Below, one piece after another: positions 58,914 to 64,000 of a stretch of DNA of 64,000 bases. Every line of letters starts with the position of its first letter. Position 1 is the first letter of the stretch. The DNA is from Nitrososphaeria archaeon (GTDB lineage: Archaea > Thermoproteota > Nitrososphaeria > JACIWG01). A model generated the notes under the pieces. The model saw only the letters and a list, made by a program, of their open reading frames with translations. It was not told where the DNA came from and searched no databases. Location of the stretch: NCBI GenBank assembly GCA_050011875.1, contig JBEKIG010000009.1:1-64000 (forward strand). Direction: 5' to 3'. The position numbers and the translations under genes are program-made.

Positions 58914-61900
58914 GATCGAGCCTCTTTAACCATCATTTCCGGTGAATATTCGACGACGTTAGCGTGTCCGCTACGCTGATAGACACCAAAGATTTTGTCA
59001 GCCTTCGAGAGGGTAACATCCTTTAAAGTGATGAGTATAATCTGCGATTCCGCAGCGCGTTCATGTAGTATTTTGATCAAACGCTCTAGGTTAAACGGAT
59101 CAAGGTGCGCGTCTATTTCATCTAATAGATAGAATGGCGATTTAAATGCAACCTGCATTGCTAAAATAAATGCGACAGTCGCAATCGTCTTTTCTCCACC
59201 GCTTATCATCAGCGATTCTTTATACCGCTTATTTGGAAAACGAACCATTAAGTAGACTCCACCGGAAAAGATATCGTCGGGTTTTTCTATTTCAAGCCAA
59301 GCGTCTCCATCCGTGAGTTCCTTGAACAACGATCTAAGGTTTCTATCAATCTTTTCGAAAGCCTCCATAAAAACAGTCTTCTTCTTTTCTTCAATCTGTT
59401 CGATAAGGTCAATAATGCTGCTTTTCTCTTCTTCAAGCTGGTTGCTTCTGAGAGAAAGGTTCTTATAGCTTTCAAAGACATTTTCGTAATCTTTTTCAGC
59501 TAAATAGTTTAAAACAAGCTTCACTTCTGAACTTTCCTGCTCCATGAATGAGAGAACAGTTTCACAGCCGTCCACATATTCAATTGGTGATTCATATCCA
59601 AACATCCTTAAAGTGTTATATTCAGTCTGCATTTTTTCCTTGAGATTATCTATTTTTGAAGAAATCTGGTTTATACGGACCGTCGACTTATTGATGAGAT
59701 CATTTAATGAGCTGAGCTGAACCCTTTTCTCATTTACCTTTAGATCGTATTCTGAAATTGTCTTTTGCATATTAGCTGAAGCTTGACGGAATTCCTCTTC
59801 TCTTGCCTTTAGAGAATTATATTTTGTATTGAACTCGCTCAGTAAATTTTTGTTTTCCTCAATCTTTTTCTTGTTTGATTCAAACTCAGATGCAAGCTTT
59901 TCAATGCTCCTTTTAGTATTGTTATAGGATACAAGAAGGTCGTTTTCAAGCCTGTTCTGGGTCTGGGCTAATTGCAGGTTTATTTCATTCAATTGACTTA
60001 TTATCGACTGATAATTCCCATTAAGATTAGCCATTTCACCATTGAATGAGATAAGTTTCTGCGCGGCAGCGTTATCTTCATCACTTTGAACAATTTTTGC
60101 GAAGATTCCACGTTTTCTGTTCAGCGTGTCAGATCTTTCTTGAAATCTTTTAAGGTATTCTTCAACCTTATTCACTCTAGCTCTAAGAGAATTTAGCTTC
60201 TTTGTGTTCTCATCATATGTCTCCGAATATTTTTTTACAAATTTGATTAAAGTGTCGATTTCACCGTGAACTTGGCCCAAGTTCTTTGAAATGGTAGCCT
60301 TTTTCTCCAACATGTCTTTCCCTTTTAGCTCCAAATTTTCAATATCCTGCCTTCTTTTGTCAACCACCTTCTTAAGGTTAGAAATAGCACTCTCTAATTC
60401 ACTGTAGTACCTTTTTTCCCCGTAGGGTAGAACGGCCTCTCCAAAGATGCTGGGAAAACTGGAGAGATATGCCGAGTAGTATGGCTCATATATGGCTCCG
60501 TTGACTGTTACACATCTAAAACCATTCTTGGACACCTCTGACGCAATTCCATCATCTTCGACTAGAACCGTATTCTGGAAAAGAAAATCCTTCAGAGCCG
60601 CGTACTCGTCAGATATTTTCACCAAGTCATAAAGATAGCCTAAAACGTTTTTGTCGTCAGAAAGCTTTGTCAGCTTAATGGGCTTAACCTCCGAGAGAAT
60701 AATCATGTTGAACTGTTTTGCGGAAACTCGACCAGCGAGTTCAATAAGCTTGTTCGCAGATTCGATATCCTTAACAACAATAGCATTCATCCAAAATCCA
60801 CAGGCCGAAGATATAGCTTTAGAATAATGTTCATCGTAATCTATCAAATCTTTTACAAAACCCACGCATCCTTCAACGACTCCTGTCTTAGCAAGAGTAA
60901 TGAGCCTTTCAAGTCCTTCAGAATCGAAAACCTCTTCAGCGATTTTCCTCGCTATCTCAGTCTTGGCAACGGTCACCTGAACCTTTTCCAATGTGGTTAA
61001 GGAGACCCTGATCGCCTCGAACATTATTCTCCTACGGCTTTCGATACCGTCGTAAGAATTGGACACCGAGAGTATCTGGGAAGATTCGCTCTGAAGCAGA
61101 TTATCCAAATTGGTTAAAGTTAGTCTAAGCTCGTTTAAGATGACTGAAAAAGATTTCTGTTTACTATCTAGTACGTTAAGTCTGTAGCTTAGTTTAGTCT
61201 GGATGGAGGTAAACTTGTTCCTGTGCATACTTATCTTCTCCAGAATAGAATCAATCTTCTTGATCTTCTGGTCAGCTTTGATCTTTCTCATCTTTATGTC
61301 AGAAATACTCTTATTTGCATCACTAATCTGTAAAGTTAGAACCTTTATCTTTTCCGAAACTTGAGCTTTCTCACCTTCCCTAAGCTCTTTATCAGTCTTT
61401 ATCTTGTTTAAAGATTCCTTAACAAAGTTTACGTCTATGTCAAGCTTTGTCAGCATACCATTAAGAGTCGGTAGATCCTGCTCAATCTCTATGTTTCTCT
61501 GTTCAAGGGCTTTGGTTACTGAATTCATGGATGAGATTCTAGACTGAAATGAAGCTAATTCCATTTCATAATTAACAAAGGTTCTAGAAGGATCAGAAAC
61601 AGACGAGAGAAAATTGTCCCTATCATTCTGTATAGACTCGATATCAGAATAAATGGCTTCCCTGTCATGCTGTTTTTTCTTGAGCAGCGAGCGCTCTTCT
61701 TCCAAGTTTCCATTTAGGGAATTTGAAGCCTGCAAGAGCGTAAAAATGGATCTGGATGTCTTCATAGCGTTCAGACGTCTAATTTCTTCTTCAAGGTGAC
61801 GATACCTTAGAAGATTGTTGCGACCTTCCTCATTTTTTCTGAGAACACTCCTTATTTCGCCGATTCGTGCGAAGGCTATTTCAAGCTTATGTGTTGCATC

Positions 61901-62449
61901 CTCTAAGTTCTTCATCGATTCAGCTTTCTTTTCATCAAACTGGGAAACACCAACTAAACTTTCTAATAGGCGACGACGTTCATCAGGTCTGAGTTCAGCA
62001 ACTCTGTTGATCATTCCCTGCAGAATGACATTAAATGCTTCGGGAGAAATCAAGCATAACTGGGTCAGGTTCAGAACCGTCTGTTTTGAGACATGTTTAC
62101 CATTTATCTTGAATATTGATTCACCATCGCCTCTAAGCTCCCTCGTAAAAGTGACGGTATCCGAATCAAATGGAATCTCTCTGCCAGAGTTATTAAACTG
62201 AACAGAAACCAGCGCTTTAGAAGACCTTTGACCGCTTACAGCCCCGTCAAAGATAAGACCTTTCATGTTCGTCGCCCTAAGAGTCTTGAGGCTACTCTCC
62301 CCTAAGGCAAAAAGAATTGCGTCAAAGATATTCGACTTTCCTGAACCATTCAGCCCCGTTATCGTAAGGTAACCAGGCTGCAAGTCCAATACCGTCTTCT
62401 TACTAAAGGTCTTGAATCCTTCTACCTCCAGCCTTTTTATATACAGCAT
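58910..62449 (-). CDS. smc: Chromosome segregation protein Smc
   Basis: GFKTF, GLNGSGKS, Q-loop ILQG, long coiled coils, hinge, ISGGEK, LLDEIDAHLD. Confidence 0.97.
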   Translation of the reverse strand: MLYIKRLEVEGFKTFSKKTVLDLQPGYLTITGLNGSGKSNIFDAILFALGESSLKTLRATNMKGLIFDGAVSGQRSSKALVSVQFNNSGREIPFDSDTVTFTRELRGDGESIFKINGKHVSKQTVLNLTQLCLISPEAFNVILQGMINRVAELRPDERRRLLESLVGVSQFDEKKAESMKNLEDATHKLEIAFARIGEIRSVLRKNEEGRNNLLRYRHLEEEIRRLNAMKTSRSIFTLLQASNSLNGNLEEERSLLKKKQHDREAIYSDIESIQNDRDNFLSSVSDPSRTFVNYEMELASFQSRISSMNSVTKALEQRNIEIEQDLPTLNGMLTKLDIDVNFVKESLNKIKTDKELREGEKAQVSEKIKVLTLQISDANKSISDIKMRKIKADQKIKKIDSILEKISMHRNKFTSIQTKLSYRLNVLDSKQKSFSVILNELRLTLTNLDNLLQSESSQILSVSNSYDGIESRRRIMFEAIRVSLTTLEKVQVTVAKTEIARKIAEEVFDSEGLERLITLAKTGVVEGCVGFVKDLIDYDEHYSKAISSACGFWMNAIVVKDIESANKLIELAGRVSAKQFNMIILSEVKPIKLTKLSDDKNVLGYLYDLVKISDEYAALKDFLFQNTVLVEDDGIASEVSKNGFRCVTVNGAIYEPYYSAYLSSFPSIFGEAVLPYGEKRYYSELESAISNLKKVVDKRRQDIENLELKGKDMLEKKATISKNLGQVHGEIDTLIKFVKKYSETYDENTKKLNSLRARVNKVEEYLKRFQERSDTLNRKRGIFAKIVQSDEDNAAAQKLISFNGEMANLNGNYQSIISQLNEINLQLAQTQNRLENDLLVSYNNTKRSIEKLASEFESNKKKIEENKNLLSEFNTKYNSLKAREEEFRQASANMQKTISEYDLKVNEKRVQLSSLNDLINKSTVRINQISSKIDNLKEKMQTEYNTLRMFGYESPIEYVDGCETVLSFMEQESSEVKLVLNYLAEKDYENVFESYKNLSLRSNQLEEEKSSIIDLIEQIEEKKKTVFMEAFEKIDRNLRSLFKELTDGDAWLEIEKPDDIFSGGVYLMVRFPNKRYKESLMISGGEKTIATVAFILAMQVAFKSPFYLLDEIDAHLDPFNLERLIKILHERAAESQIILITLKDVTLSKADKIFGVYQRSGHANVVEYSPEMMVKEARS

Positions 62450-62506
62450 TCTTTCTCTTTACAGCATATATAGTAGACAACGTAATATTAATATCTTTTA
62501 AGAAAA

Positions 62507-62534
62507 AAGTAGGTAAATTTAAATTATCCTACTT
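62507..62534. promoter_or_regulatory. 28-bp near-palindrome AAGTAGGTAAA-TTTAAA-TTATCCTACTT
   Basis: 12 of 14 positions pair; lies in the smc/peptidase divergent intergenic region. Confidence 0.55.
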
Positions 62535-62554
62535 GCAAAATATGTTGACAGAAA

Positions 62555-63625
62555 ATGAAGGATTATACAACTGGAAGAAGAAAGCGAATTTTATCAAAGG
62601 CTGAGAAAGCAGGAGCAAATTGTGTTCTAGCGTCATCCCCTGAGAACATGTTTTACTTTACAAATTTCTGGGGTGGATCATACGTCCTCATTTCAGAGGA
62701 AGGATGTCTACTATTCACAGGTGCACTTGAAGCCTTCAGAGCTCTGAGCACAGCTGTTGAGGCAAAGGTCATAAGCGTGCCTGTCGGCTCAAGCATATTG
62801 TCTAGCATAAAAAATCATGTTCAGAAAGGCTCTAAAATCCTTTCTGAAGATGTAATGTTCACTCAAAAGGAGATATTTGAAAAAAAGCTCGAAGTTAAAT
62901 TGGAGCCTTCATCTAAACCCTTCTATGAACTTAGACGATCGAAGGATGAACGCGAAGTTGCATCAATCGAGGAAACCTCAAAACTCCTAGATCAACTTTA
63001 CGAAGAGACATTAGAAATCGTAAGGGAAGGGATTACTGAAAGGGAAATCGCGTCAAAGGTCATCGGGAAAGGGGTTGAAGTCGGGTTGGACATGAGCTCT
63101 GGCCTAGAGCCCGTAATAGTTGCTACAGGTCCGAACTCAGCTTATCCTCATGCTCAGATAACAGATCGCAAGTTAAAGAAGGGTGATGTAATTCTAGCAG
63201 ACTATTTCTTCAGGTACAAAGCATATGTATCGGATGAGACGAGAACGTTCGTCTTCGGTAAAGCTACAAAAGAAATCAAAGAAGCTTATGAAATAGTACA
63301 TTTGGCTCAACTTCAAGGTATTAAAGCCCTTAAACCAGGTTCCATAACCGGAAAAGTAGATGCAGCATGCAGAGGGATCATAAACGACAGCAGATTTTCA
63401 GAGTATTACACACATGGAACAGGCCATGGTGTGGGATTAGAGGTTCATGAGCCGCCAACGTTGAGCATTAACCAGAAGGACAAACTTGTTAGAGGAGACA
63501 TTGTAACTATTGAACCAGGCATCTATTTCCAAGATAAGTTCGGGATAAGAATAGAGGATACAGTTTACGTCGGTGAAGAACTTAAGGTCTTAACCAGATT
63601 CGCGAAAGATCTAATTGAGATATAG
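62555..63625 (+). CDS. Xaa-Pro peptidase (M24B, prolidase/aminopeptidase P)
   Basis: SAYPH, SDETRT, HGTGHGVGLEVHE, TIEPGIY, GIRIED. Confidence 0.95.
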   Translation: MKDYTTGRRKRILSKAEKAGANCVLASSPENMFYFTNFWGGSYVLISEEGCLLFTGALEAFRALSTAVEAKVISVPVGSSILSSIKNHVQKGSKILSEDVMFTQKEIFEKKLEVKLEPSSKPFYELRRSKDEREVASIEETSKLLDQLYEETLEIVREGITEREIASKVIGKGVEVGLDMSSGLEPVIVATGPNSAYPHAQITDRKLKKGDVILADYFFRYKAYVSDETRTFVFGKATKEIKEAYEIVHLAQLQGIKALKPGSITGKVDAACRGIINDSRFSEYYTHGTGHGVGLEVHEPPTLSINQKDKLVRGDIVTIEPGIYFQDKFGIRIEDTVYVGEELKVLTRFAKDLIEI

Positions 63626-63673
63626 AAAAAAGATTTGCGATAATTATTTATACGGTTCAGTAGAGTAGATAAT

Positions 63674-64000
63674 ATGCCCAAGTACATTTTTGTTACTGGC
63701 GGAGTCATAAGCGGAATAGGAAAAGGTGTTGTTACAGGATCTCTTGGGAAAATTTTGCAGTCTTCCGGCATGAAAGTTTCTGCAATCAAAATGGACCCCT
63801 ATCTGAATATTGACGCAGGAACAATGAACCCGATTGTACACGGAGAAGTCTTTGTATGCGACGACGGTGCTGAGACAGACATGGACCTCGGCACATATGA
63901 ACGTTTTCTAGACAAGAACCTTTCTCGATGCAACAATATAACCACAGGTCAAGTGTATATGAACGTCCTACAACGTGAGAGAAAAGGAAAGTATTTGGGC
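63674..64000 (+). CDS. pyrG: CTP synthase, N-terminal part (truncated by the window edge)
   Basis: [49 protein letters not shown]. Confidence 0.97.
   Translation, partial: MPKYIFVTGGVISGIGKGVVTGSLGKILQSSGMKVSAIKMDPYLNIDAGTMNPIVHGEVFVCDDGAETDMDLGTYERFLDKNLSRCNNITTGQVYMNVLQRERKGKYLG

Noticed and set aside
59020-59045. Smc switch motif ITLK lacking His
   Set aside because: Leu at this position is common in archaeal and eukaryotic Smc proteins
474-63841. Many 60-140 aa antisense or alternative-frame ORFs in the track (e.g. 474-791, 1463-1753, 16691-17086, 61815-62201)
   Set aside because: Shadows of well-supported genes, with no recognisable motifs
1-64000. tRNA, rRNA, SRP or RNase P RNA genes
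   Set aside because: No GC-rich intergenic stretch with cloverleaf or T-loop signature was seen; small C/D or H/ACA RNAs cannot be excluded without a covariance search

Overview
Gene-dense archaeal chromosomal segment, most likely TACK (deep-branching/non-ammonia-oxidising Nitrososphaeria-like). This is inferred from the combination of rps25e/26e/30e, PolB1, an Rpc34-like TFE-beta, GatDE and Smc-ScpAB. Most of the window is housekeeping: translation, tRNA/rRNA modification, replication/repair, transcription and pyrimidine synthesis. It also holds a complete nine-gene A/V-type ATPase in an unusual three-transcript layout and a decayed AT-rich accessory island (~8.8-11.2 kb). The best candidate for an undescribed system is at 36.9-41.7 kb. 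There a stand-alone nurA-herA pair (no mre11/rad50 beside it) sits next to three mutually similar 'beta-hairpin + winged-helix' proteins, and the divergent promoter carries repeated 17-bp palindromic sites (TTGTTCA-N3-TGAACAA). Other leads: a structured leader that could sequester the RBS of a DEAD-box helicase, a leader hairpin before a membrane protein, a 28-bp dif-like palindrome upstream of smc, a frameshifted hexulose-phosphate synthase, a 9-bp coding VNTR, and very frequent TTG starts. No rRNA, tRNA or CRISPR array was seen. All calls come from motif recognition by eye; no searches were run.
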